Shown: in pieces, positions 46,994-57,300 of the stretch
Numbering within the stretch: the first letter of the stretch is position 1
Layout of the letters: every line of letters begins with the position of its first letter
Assembly (NCBI GenBank): GCA_045627925.1
Contig: JAZQOS010000022.1
Location: 64,063 to 128,062, forward strand
Source of the DNA: Kiritimatiellia bacterium
Lineage (GTDB): Bacteria > Verrucomicrobiota > Kiritimatiellia > RFP12 > UBA1067
Direction: 5' to 3'
DNA: 64,000 bases
The notes under the pieces: model-generated
The model's database searches: none
What the model was told of the DNA's origin: nothing
The model's input: the letters and a program-made list of their open reading frames with translations, nothing else
Position numbers and translations under genes: made by a program

Positions 46994-48277
46994 ATGAAGC
47001 GGCTGCTCGCGATATTGCTCGTCGGGTTCTTCGGAGTCGTCCACGCGGCGACCCCGAAGAACGTCGTTCTTTTCATTGGCGACGGAATGTCCACTCCCCA
47101 GCGGATGACTGCCGAGGAGTTCGCGATCAAGGATGGCCGCTCCAAGCTCTTCATCAACCACCTGCCGATGCAGGCGACGACGCGGACTTGCTCGGCGAGT
47201 TCGCTCGTTACCGATTCGGCGGCGGCGGCGACGGCGATTGCCTGTGGAACGAAAACCTATAACCATGCGATCGGCGTCGATTCCGACCGCAAGAAACTCG
47301 TTTCCTGCGCGGAAGTGGCGAAGGCGAAGGGTCGCAAGGTCGGGATCGTAACGACGGTTACGATCAACCATGCGACTCCCGCCGGCTTCTACGCCCATCG
47401 CGCCGACCGCAACGACGGCTACGGAATCGGACTGGATCTAATCGCCTCCAACTTCGATTTCTTCGCGGGCGGCGGTTGCGATTTTCACGACGACAAGAAC
47501 CACAAGGAATACAAGGGCGATATCTACGAGCTCGCCAAAAAGAGTGGCTATGCGTTCGCCAAGCAAGACCGCAAGGCGTTCGACGCCATGAAACCGGGAA
47601 TGAAATCGTGGTATGTCGCCTCGAGCGGAGTTATGCCATACACGATTGACGCTGACGATTGGAAGGACGTGCCGACGTTGGCGGAGCTGACGGAGAAGGC
47701 GCTTAAGATGCTCGAAAACCCGAACGGTTTCTTTTTGATGGTCGAGGCGGGTAAGATCGACTACGCGGGTCACGCCAACGACGCCGCCGCTAACTTGCGC
47801 GAAGTGCTCGCGCTCGACGATGCGGTGAAAGTCGCGCTTAAGTACCACAAGAAACACCCCGACACCCTGGTTATCGTAACCGGCGATCACGAAACCGGCG
47901 GCATGACGATGGGCTTGGCGAACACGGGTTACGCCTTTTATATGGATCGCCTCGCTTCGCAGAAGCGCTCGGCGGATGCGCTCGGCGCCTACGTAAACGC
48001 CAAGAAGCCGCAGAGCTTCGCCGAGGTGAAGGACTTCATTACCGAGAATTACGGACTTTCCGGCAAGGAGCTCGAAAGCGTCGAAAAGGCGTTTGGCGGC
48101 GATATGGTTTCGGCGGTGAAGCGAGCGGTTTCGGCGAAGTGCGGCATTGGCTGGACTTCCAATAGCCACACCGCGCTTCCGGTCTTGACGACTTCCATCG
48201 GACCGGGCAGCGAACGTTTCACCGGCTTTATCGACAATACCGACATTTCCAAGACGATCAAGTCGTTCTTCAAGTGA
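46994..48277 (+). CDS. Alkaline phosphatase, secreted
   Basis: Signal peptide. FIGDGMS, the active-site TDSAAAATA, VEAGKIDYAGHAND and TGDHETGG. Confidence 0.9.
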   Translation: MKRLLAILLVGFFGVVHAATPKNVVLFIGDGMSTPQRMTAEEFAIKDGRSKLFINHLPMQATTRTCSASSLVTDSAAAATAIACGTKTYNHAIGVDSDRKKLVSCAEVAKAKGRKVGIVTTVTINHATPAGFYAHRADRNDGYGIGLDLIASNFDFFAGGGCDFHDDKNHKEYKGDIYELAKKSGYAFAKQDRKAFDAMKPGMKSWYVASSGVMPYTIDADDWKDVPTLAELTEKALKMLENPNGFFLMVEAGKIDYAGHANDAAANLREVLALDDAVKVALKYHKKHPDTLVIVTGDHETGGMTMGLANTGYAFYMDRLASQKRSADALGAYVNAKKPQSFAEVKDFITENYGLSGKELESVEKAFGGDMVSAVKRAVSAKCGIGWTSNSHTALPVLTTSIGPGSERFTGFIDNTDISKTIKSFFK

Positions 48278-49338
48278 AGAAGCTTTTATCGCTTGCGCTA
48301 ATTGCCGTGGCGACGATTGCGCTCGCCTTTTTACCATCCGCCGAATCGATTGGCGTCGGCGAGAAGGGCGAGCGCGCGATTGGCGAGGTGATCGCGGTCG
48401 ACGACTCCGGCGTCGAGAAGCACGGGCTTATCGAATATGGCGCGCAGCGTCTGAAGGTTAGACTCGCGGACGGCTCGGAGCGCGAGGCGACCAATACCTT
48501 GCGCGCCCAGCTCGAACTCGACAAGAAGTTCAAGGTCGGCGACCGGGCGCTCGTCATTATGGGCGAAGAGCCGCTCATTGCGCGCGATCATTGGCGGCTC
48601 GGGTGGATGGCGATACTCTTCTCGCTCTTCGCGCTGCTACTCGTCGTCTTCGGCGGCTCAACGGGAGTGAAGGCGCTATTCAGTTTCGTTTTCAGCTGTC
48701 TCGCCGTTTGGAAGATCCTCGTGCCGCTTTGCCTAAAAGGATATCCCGCCGGCTGGACGGCGTTTATTACGGTGGCGATCCTTACGGGCGCGATCATGTA
48801 TCTCGTCGCGGGTTGGACGAAAAAGGGGTTGGCGGCGTTTGCGGGCGCGATGCTCGGCGTCGTCGCCTCGCTCTTCCTCGCCGAGTTCTTTACCTGGGCG
48901 ATGAACGTGAATGGTGCGACGATGCCGTTTGTGCAGACGCTCATGTATTCCGGCTATGAGGTGAACATCGCCGATATTTTCGTCGGGGCGATGATTCTCG
49001 CCTCGTCGGGCGCGGTGATGGATTTGGCGATGGACATTGCCGCGGGCGTCGGCGAAGTCGCGCGCCATAATCCGGCTTTGGGCGCGAAGGAACTCTTTAA
49101 GAGCGGCGTTAGGATTGGGCGCAGTGTGGTGGGGACGATGACGACGACGCTCTTGCTCGCCTATTCCGGCGGGTACCTTACTTTGCTTATGGTTTTCGCG
49201 GCGCAAGGCACGAGCCCCGTCGACTTCCTCAATTCGACGCTCGTCTCGGCCGAGATGGTGAAGACGCTCGTCGGCAGCTTTGGCCTCGTCCTCGTCGCTC
49301 CCTTCACCGCTCTGGTGAGCGCCAAAGTCTTCGAGTGA
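48274..49338 (+). CDS. YibE/F-like polytopic membrane protein
   Basis: GTGA overlap with the upstream stop. It has an N-terminal soluble segment followed by about 7 hydrophobic helices. The family call is from overall architecture and memory. Confidence 0.6.
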   Translation: MKKLLSLALIAVATIALAFLPSAESIGVGEKGERAIGEVIAVDDSGVEKHGLIEYGAQRLKVRLADGSEREATNTLRAQLELDKKFKVGDRALVIMGEEPLIARDHWRLGWMAILFSLFALLLVVFGGSTGVKALFSFVFSCLAVWKILVPLCLKGYPAGWTAFITVAILTGAIMYLVAGWTKKGLAAFAGAMLGVVASLFLAEFFTWAMNVNGATMPFVQTLMYSGYEVNIADIFVGAMILASSGAVMDLAMDIAAGVGEVARHNPALGAKELFKSGVRIGRSVVGTMTTTLLLAYSGGYLTLLMVFAAQGTSPVDFLNSTLVSAEMVKTLVGSFGLVLVAPFTALVSAKVFE

Positions 49339-49390
49339 CGCTATAGGAACAAAAACCTAACCGCTTAAGCCCACCCCGCGCTATCACTAC

Positions 49391-49420
49391 TTGCTTCGGT
49401 CGCATGGTTTTTGATATACT
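49391..49420 (+). promoter_or_regulatory. Promoter of the tRNA cluster: TTGCTT, 18-nt spacer, TGA-TATACT
   Basis: The -35 is at 49391-49396 and the extended -10 TGATATACT is at 49412-49420, about 20 nt before tRNA-Gly. Confidence 0.5.
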
Positions 49421-49440
49421 ATCCACTGTTCGCATGGTAT

Positions 49441-49514
49441 GCGGGCGTAGCTCAATGGCAGAGCTCCAGCCTTCCAAGCTGGCTACGAGGGTTCGATTCC
49501 CTTCGCCCGCTCCA
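49441..49514 (+). tRNA. tRNA-Gly(UCC), CCA encoded
   Basis: I folded the cloverleaf by hand. Acceptor GCGGGCG/CGCCCGC, anticodon stem CCAGC/GCTGG with loop CTTCCAA, T-arm GAGGG-TTCGATT-CCCTT. Length 74 nt. Confidence 0.9.
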
Positions 49515-49520
49515 AAGAAC

Positions 49521-49606
49521 GCCAGAGTGGCGTAATGGCAGCCGCAGCAGACTCAAAATCTGCCGTACGCAAGTACGTGAGGGTTCGAGTCCCTCCTCTG
49601 GCACCA
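49521..49606 (+). tRNA. tRNA-Leu(CAA), CCA encoded, long variable arm
   Basis: Acceptor GCCAGAG/CTCTGGC, anticodon stem GCAGA/TCTGC with loop CTCAAAA, variable arm CGTAC-GCAA-GTACG, T-arm GAGGG-TTCGAGT-CCCTC. Confidence 0.9.
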
Positions 49607-49631
49607 ATTGGTACCATGTGGGCGAGGTTTA

Positions 49632-49721
<90 letters not shown>

Positions 49722-49738
49722 CTTTAAGGAGCGAAGCG

Positions 49739-51235
49739 ATGAACAAGTATCTCGATGACTTTATGAAGACCTTCCCTTACGAAGGACTTACCTACGATGA
49801 CGTGACGCTCGTTACCCAGTACGCGGACTTCCTGCCCGACGACACGTCGCTCGAGACGAAGCTGACCTCGCGCACGAAGATGAAGGTTCCCTTTATGTCG
49901 GCGGCGATGGACACCGTGACCGAAGCGCCGATGGCGATTGCGATGGCGATTGCGGGCGGTATCGGTTGCATCCACAAGAATCTCGAAGAGGACGACCAGG
50001 CCGCGCAAGTGCGCCTCGTGAAGAAACATCTTAACGGCCTTATCGACGCGCCGGTCTGCTTCCACGCGAACGACGATATCGGTTTTCTGCGGAGCGAGAA
50101 GACGAAGCGCGGTCTTAAGTTCAACGGTTTCCCGGTGCTCGACGACAACGACAAGCTCGTCGGCATGATCACCTCTTCCGATATGCGCTTTGCGCCGATG
50201 AACGCCGCGAAATTGCGCGACGTTATGCAAAAGACGCTCCTGACCGCGAAAGTCGGAACGACCCTTAAGAAGGCCTACGACATCATGCGCGCGAACAAGA
50301 TCGGCAAGTTGCCGGTCGTCGACAAGGCGGGGCGCGTCGTCGGGCTTTATTCCTTTACCGACGTTCGTCGCATCGTCGAGAACTCCGAAAGCTCCTACAA
50401 TCTCGACTCGAAGTTCCGGCTGCGCGTCGCGGCCTCGGTCTCCGGCGGGCGCGGCGACATTTCGCGCATGGAGAAGCTCGCCGAGGCGGGCGTGGACGTC
50501 GTCGTCGTCGACTCCGCCCACGGCCACTCGAAGGGCATTATGGAGATGACGAAGTACATCTCGCGCCACTTCCCGAAGGTGGACGTGATCGCCGGCAACA
50601 TCGCCACCGGCGAGGCGGCGAAGGATCTCGCGAAAGCCGGCGCCCACGCGGTCAAGGTTGGTATCGGCCCCGGTTCGATTTGCACGACTCGCGTAGTTTG
50701 CGGCGTCGGGATTCCCCAGCTTACCGCCGTCTATTCGGCGGCGAAGGCGTTGCGAGGGAGCGGCGTCGCGGTAATCGCCGATGGTGGAATCAAGCTTTCG
50801 GGCGACGTTCCGAAGGCGCTCGCCGCCGGCGCCGATTCGGTGATGCTCGGCTCGGTGCTCGCTGGAACCGAGGAATCTCCGGGCGAGAAGATTTACTCCA
50901 ACGGTCGTCAATACGTCGTTTATCGCGGCATGGGCTCGATGGCGGCGCTGAAGAACGGCAAGGGCAGCCGCGCGCGCTACTTCCAGGACAACGAGAGCGA
51001 TGACGATCTCGTTCCGCAGGGTATCGAGGGAATGGTTCCCTATTCCGGCCATGTGAAGAGCATCATGACCCAGTTCTGCGGCGGGCTTCGCGCTTCGCTC
51101 GGATATTGCGGCGCGCGGAACATCAAGGAACTGCACGAGAAGGGGCGGTTTTATCGGGTGACGGCGGCGGGGTTGCGCGAGGCGCGTCCTCACGATATCA
51201 CGATTACCAAAGAAGCGCCTAACTATCGCACCTAG
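49739..51235 (+). CDS. guaB: Inosine-5'-monophosphate dehydrogenase
   Basis: [16 protein letters not shown], a CBS pair, the catalytic loop [11 protein letters not shown], and GGIK.SGD. The ORF-track start at 49535 would overlap two tRNAs and is rejected. Confidence 0.95.
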   Translation: MNKYLDDFMKTFPYEGLTYDDVTLVTQYADFLPDDTSLETKLTSRTKMKVPFMSAAMDTVTEAPMAIAMAIAGGIGCIHKNLEEDDQAAQVRLVKKHLNGLIDAPVCFHANDDIGFLRSEKTKRGLKFNGFPVLDDNDKLVGMITSSDMRFAPMNAAKLRDVMQKTLLTAKVGTTLKKAYDIMRANKIGKLPVVDKAGRVVGLYSFTDVRRIVENSESSYNLDSKFRLRVAASVSGGRGDISRMEKLAEAGVDVVVVDSAHGHSKGIMEMTKYISRHFPKVDVIAGNIATGEAAKDLAKAGAHAVKVGIGPGSICTTRVVCGVGIPQLTAVYSAAKALRGSGVAVIADGGIKLSGDVPKALAAGADSVMLGSVLAGTEESPGEKIYSNGRQYVVYRGMGSMAALKNGKGSRARYFQDNESDDDLVPQGIEGMVPYSGHVKSIMTQFCGGLRASLGYCGARNIKELHEKGRFYRVTAAGLREARPHDITITKEAPNYRT

Positions 51236-51250
51236 GGCGTAGCGAGAAGG

Positions 51251-51280
51251 CGCTATTTTCTGCTGTCGCTATTTTCTGCT
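51251..51280 (+). repeat. 14-bp direct repeat CGCTATTTTCTGCT x2 (16-bp period) abutting the -35 of the giant-gene promoter
   Basis: The copies are at 51251-51264 and 51267-51280 and are identical at 14/14 positions. Confidence 0.9.
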
Positions 51281-51308
51281 TGCATCGGCAGGCGATATTT
51301 GGTATTCT
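51280..51308 (+). promoter_or_regulatory. Promoter TTGCAT, 17-nt spacer, TGG-TATTCT upstream of giant gene 2
   Basis: The -35 is at 51280-51285 and the extended -10 TGGTATTCT is at 51300-51308. An ~80-nt leader ends in AAGGAAAA before ATG 51389. Confidence 0.45.
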
Positions 51309-51388
51309 ACGGCTAAAATTGCGGAGGGGTGTCCGCGATGCAAGTGAATTTAATAATGGCAACAAACAATAAAACACAAGGAAAATAC

Positions 51389-54300
51389 ATGAAAAAGACC
51401 CTAAACGTCGTGCGATACGCGCTCGTGTCGCTCTTCTCGTTCGTATTCATCGGCTCTGCCGTAGCTGGCTTGGGTAGTACGCCCAAGTTCGGCCATACCT
51501 TCAATGGTAGCATCGTGAATATCGGAAGCACCGATATCTCTACCGTGAAGGGCATTACCGGTACTTACGTTGATGGACGTGACGAGGGTGTGCAGGCGTT
51601 GCAATTCACTAGTGGCGGAGCCACAGGCAATACGACTGGATGCAATCCAGGTACGAGTACGTTTACGGTTTGCTTGATTGCGAAGATGCCAGATCTCGGT
51701 TCCAATCGCATCTGCCTTTGGGCGTGGGGGCCGAGCGGAAACGATATGTACGGTCTTTTTGCTTCTGGCAATACCGTGTCCTTCGGTTATGGGACAACAT
51801 CGGTTCTTTCAACCACGGTGGACAATATCACGGATTTCCACACGTATGTGGTCACTTACAATGGCGGTAGCATCGTACTGTATGTTGATGGCGTTCAAAA
51901 GGCCACGGGCAGCTATGGTGCCAACACGAATCGTACCGCGTATGGCATTTTCTCGGTTGCCAATGGAAAATCTGCTTCGGAGATGAGCTGCGTCGATTCC
52001 ATCGGCCTTACGGTTCAGGATTGGCGCTTCTACACGGAAGTGTTGAGCGCGGCAGATATCAAGACGTATTCGGGCGTCAAGGAGGAGAAGTGCACTGCGA
52101 CTATTTCAGACAATTCGACTTGGGGTGATCTTACATGGAATCCTTCGGCGCCAACCGCCACGAAGGTCGCCGAGCTTACGGTTTCTGCCGACTCCACGCT
52201 GACGCTCGACGCGAATTCTGCATTTTCGTCGCTTAAGCTTTCCGGTTCGAGCAACTTGACGATTGTTGGCATCAAGGGCGCTGATGCTGGCAAGGTCGAT
52301 GCCAGCACGTTCACCGGCAATCTCACACTCGAAATTGATGTCACCACTGGATGCACGGCGGATGACTCGCTCAAAGATCTCATTAGGTCCGCCCCGACGA
52401 CGGCAAAGTTCATTTTCAAGGGCTCGGGCTCGAACGGCGCAACGCTTGACTTTGGTAATGGCAATAGTACGCTCAATACGCATATTGTTTTCGACGGCGG
52501 TACGCACACCTTTGTATACGGACAAGGCGCGACAAATAGGGATTTCGGAGCTAATGCGACAGCTGATAATCCGACCGTTTATCTCAAGAGCGGAACGCTA
52601 ACCTTCAAAGGCAAGGACCTTTGCGGTTATCAAGGCACATTCAATGCCAATGGCATTATTCGTGCTGATGCGGGCTCGACGCTCAAATTTGATCGCAATA
52701 GCGGCACGTTCTTCTATCGTCAGCAGCTCTACTTGATGCCCGGTGCGACGGTCAATATCTTGAATAGTGACTTCTACCTTCAGGGTGGCGTGGACGGAAG
52801 CCAGATTTTCGTTCCTGCGAGCGCGATTGGTAGCGATCCCGTTACTATTACTGGTGCCATTAAGCTTCATCACGAAGCTACACAGGGCGTTGGAATCGAA
52901 GTTGGGCAGAATTCTACGTTAAAGGTTGCTACATTTGACGTCGCTGGTAACGCAAGCAACAATAAGATTATCAAGAAGACAGGCGTCGGTACGTTAATCA
53001 TAACGAGCGCATCGACGATTCCCAACGTTGAGATTGCCGAGGGGGCGTTTGGCTTGGGTGAGGGCGCGACGGTTGCAAATCTCAAGCTTGATCAGGCGAC
53101 GACGATCGATGTTCTTTCGGGCAGTGCGACGATTACGGCGCTTACCGGCGACTATGCGATTACCAAGACCGGCAATGGTATGCTCAAGCTGCCTTCGAGC
53201 TACACCAATACGGTTACCATCAATGGCGATGTTGATTTTGACGGGTCGACCTTGCCGTTTGCTTGGACGCTCGGCACTGACTCGACGGGCTCCATTAAGC
53301 TTCCCTCCGGCTTTCAGTTCGGCAAGATTGTCAAGGCGAGCGAGATTCCCGCCGGTTTGACATTCTACGATAGCGACGGCGAGACGATTGTTTCCAGCCG
53401 CTTTGAAATTGATGGAGAGGGCTTCCTCGAACTCAAGAAGACGGAAATCAACGGTCAGTATGACGTCACCGATTCCGAGCCCGTCGATGGCGATCTTGTG
53501 TTCGGTGAGAAGGGATCGATCAACATTACTCGTGCAGGTGTGACGTTGATCGCGACCGGAACGATTACGCTTCCGGAAGTCGGTTTGTCGGTTTTGTTCA
53601 GCTGTGACAAGGAATATGTCAATGGCACGGCGATTCCGCTTATCACCGCCGCCAACTTCCTGGTTGGCGAGGCGGATGCGACGATTGACGACTTCAAGCT
53701 TCCGACCATGACGCTTCCCAAGGGTATGGCGGGCGAGTTCCGGCTCGTTGACAATAGCGATACCAAGTCGCTCGTTTATGCGATTACCAAGTCCGACTAT
53801 TACACCGAGGCGGTTGCGACGATTCTCGAAAATGCGAGCCTTGTTCGTCGCTTCGACGCTTCGCGTGGTGTGACTGTCGGAGACAATGACAAGGTTACCG
53901 CGTGGGTCGATCTTTGCGGTAATGCGGCGGCGGCTCCTTATTCCGCCGGTCAGGTCAATGATCAGCCGGCTTATTGCGTCGGCGACCTCCGCGAATACAT
54001 TGATTTCGGCGTCACCGGCTCGGGCAAGGATCTCCGCTTCGAGCGTCTCACGAACGCCAAGACGGTAATTGAAGTCATCGACATCGAGACCAGCGGCAAC
54101 GCTTTCTTGCTCGGCGACAACGCTGACTACAACTTCCATCGCGGCAGCAATGGTCAATATGGTGCCAACGGTAACGCGAAGTTCTCCACGGTTCGTGACA
54201 ACGGGAGCGTGGTTGAGAATTGGTCCGGCACGGTTATCCCGACGGGCTTCCGCGTAATCTCGCTCAAACTCTCGCAGAATTGCGCCGCCGACTGCTTCTC

Positions 54301-57300
54301 GTCGGATCGTAATGGTTGCAATCAGGGTCGTACCGGTGGTCGTAAGCTGAGCGAGCTTTTGGTGTTCAGCGCCGAGCTTACCGACGATCAGTTCGAGACC
54401 ATCGAGAACTATCTCACGGCCAAGTGGAATCTCAATGTTACCAATACCGCAAGCATTGGCGGTACCGTCAACTGGAGTGATATTTGGAAATCCACCCCGT
54501 TCTATGAAGGTTCGCCGACGAAGATTACGCTTACCGGCAACACCGTACTTACCTATGACGCGCCGGCGCCGGTCGGCAACATCACCTTCGTGAACGAGGG
54601 CGGCTACACGCTTGAACAAGTCGTTACTTCGGCGACGGAGCTTGCTTCCGCCCTTACGATTTCGGCGGACGAGACCTACACCTTCAAGGGTGGTGCCGTC
54701 GAGGGCGAGACCGTTACTTTCGGGAACGCGATTACGGTCAACGGCATCTTGAAGACCGAAGGCTATGTGAACCTTAACGCGAACAACACGGTTCCTGGCG
54801 GTACGCTTGAAGTCGTAAATGGTCAGGCGACCTTGAAGTTCGCGGGTCAGGGCGTCAGCAACGGTGGCACGCTCACGATTGACGCGGGTGCGAAGGCGGT
54901 AGCGGCTTCGGGCGATGCGTTTAGTTATGCGAATAATGCGTCCTTTACGCTCAATGTCTATGGGGCGCTCAATATGGGCGGCAATCGTTGGACGTTCAAG
55001 GGAAGCGATGGCGCGCTTAACATCTACGGCGGCGCGGAGATTACCGGTACGGGCGACGGAAACGGCGCGTTGGATATGTATGTTCAGATCTGCGCGGCTG
55101 TTAACGGCGACTCGAAGGAGGCGACGGTTGCGGCGCCGTTCAAGTATTCTACCGATACGACGGTTGATGTCGGCGATGGCATGACGCTCAAGCTTACCGG
55201 CGCGGTCAAGTCCAATCAAACAAGGACGCTGACCAAGACTGGCGCGGGAACGCTCGAAATTGGCGCGTCTCAGGGTAATGTGACTATCGCGGCTACTGCA
55301 GGCGTGGTTGTTCTGAACGATGCGTCGTATGTGAAGAGCGTGTCCACTTCGGGTACGGGTAATGTGGAAATCGCCGGCGGGGAATACGATGTCGGGTATG
55401 TGCGCGACTTTAGCGCTCTCGGTAATATTACGACTTCGGGCGAGGGTAAAATCAAGGTTGCTGCGACAGCGGCTGATGACGGAACGCTTACGATTGTTAA
55501 CGTTCCTGCCGGCATGGCAGTTGCTGTCTACGATGCTGATGGCACGACCCCGCTTGTGTTTGATTATAAGGAAGGAACGATTACCGCCACATGTTCGATT
55601 AAGGTCGATGGTGCGGCGTGCTACTACGACTGGACGTTCACCAATAGTGTTCAGACGACTGGCGCGAAAACTCTTGCCACTTCTGCTTATTCGAAAAATC
55701 AGGGAACGCTCCAGGGCGATCTCGATACGAGCTACGCCGACCAGAACGAGGATGGTCTCTACACCTCGCTCTACACCTCGGTTCGCCCGTGGGCCAATCT
55801 TAACTGGAGCACCGTCGGTCGTCCGTGGACGATTGCGCTCGCCGGCAAGATGTCGGAGTATCCGAACACGGTATTCATCTCCCTCGGTGGCGCCAACAAG
55901 ACCTTCTTCTTCTCGACTACCGATACGCCTAACGAGGTAAGGCTTGTCTACGGAACCAACCAAAATAACTGCGAAGAGATTACCGTTATGTCGGTGCCGG
56001 CGGCTTCGACCTTGGTTCACGTCTACGAAATCACGCTTTCCGCCGACGGCAAAGACCTCACCGTTTATCTTGACGGGCTCGAGTGGGCATCGTCCCATAA
56101 GGAAGAGGGCTTTGAGATGATTAACGGCATTCAGGTCAGCGGTTGGTACAACGGCAACTACTTCAGCAGTGGCTACAAGCGCGACGGCGATAACGGACAA
56201 CAAGATAACGACAAGGTTGGCCGCATTAAGATGTTGCGTATCTACAACTCGATTCTCGGGCCGAACGCGATGGCGAAATTGAGCGAGGAGTTCCCGTATA
56301 ATCCGCAATTTGGTGCATATTCGCGTACGCTCGATGAGGCGACCGAGGATTGGTCGGCGACCGAAGCGTGGACGGATGACGATAGTCAGCCCACTGATGT
56401 TCCGGTAGATGGTTCGGTGGCCAACTTGACGGTTGGGGTCAACTCCGAGCTCACCATCAATGTCGGCGAGGAAATCCATCAGGAATCGATTTCCATCGTC
56501 GGTCAGAATAACGAAGGTCAGGAGCTTCGCATCAAGGCGGGTTCGGGCGAGATCGTCAATGACGGCGCGACGGTGATTACGACGCCGGTGACGATTGAAT
56601 ACGGCGCGATGACCATCGCCGGCGGTCCGACCAAGATCAACGGCAATGGTTCTGTTACCTTCGACTTCTCGGAGTATCCGATTGATACGGTGATTGATGT
56701 GGCGTATGGCGAAGGACGTCTCGGACTTACGGGTCTTTGCGATGCGCCGGCAAGCAACGATAAGACGACTTGGCCGGTAAAACTCATCGTTCCGGACGAT
56801 CTCAAGGGTCGCAAGATGACGATTGAGTACACCGGTAACAACAAGTACGAGCTTGTCTACGGTATTGATCGTGTAGCGACAACGCTCTACCTGACGGCGG
56901 ATACGACGCTCGGCGACGACACGCTCTTTGCGACGAGCGCGGAAGGCACTGCAGACACGTTGCGCTTGTTCGCGGAAGACGTTATCGTCGTTCCTTCGGG
57001 CAAGACGCTGACGATCAATCCGACGACGACGCTCGCGATTCCGCTTACGACCCCGATTAAGGGCGCGGGTACGATCAGCGCGACGGGCTTCACGCTCAAG
57101 GATACCACTCCGCTCTTCGCGCTCGATTCGACTTGGACGGGCACGGTTGAGTTCACCTACCTCACCATGGCGGGCGATTCCGCGGGTAGCACGTGGTTTG
57201 ATCTCAATCGCTATGGTAATGCGAACTCGAAGGTGACGCTCACGGGTGTTGCCGGTTTCATGAAGACCAATACGGAGTTCCTCCCTGAGGTGACGCTCAA

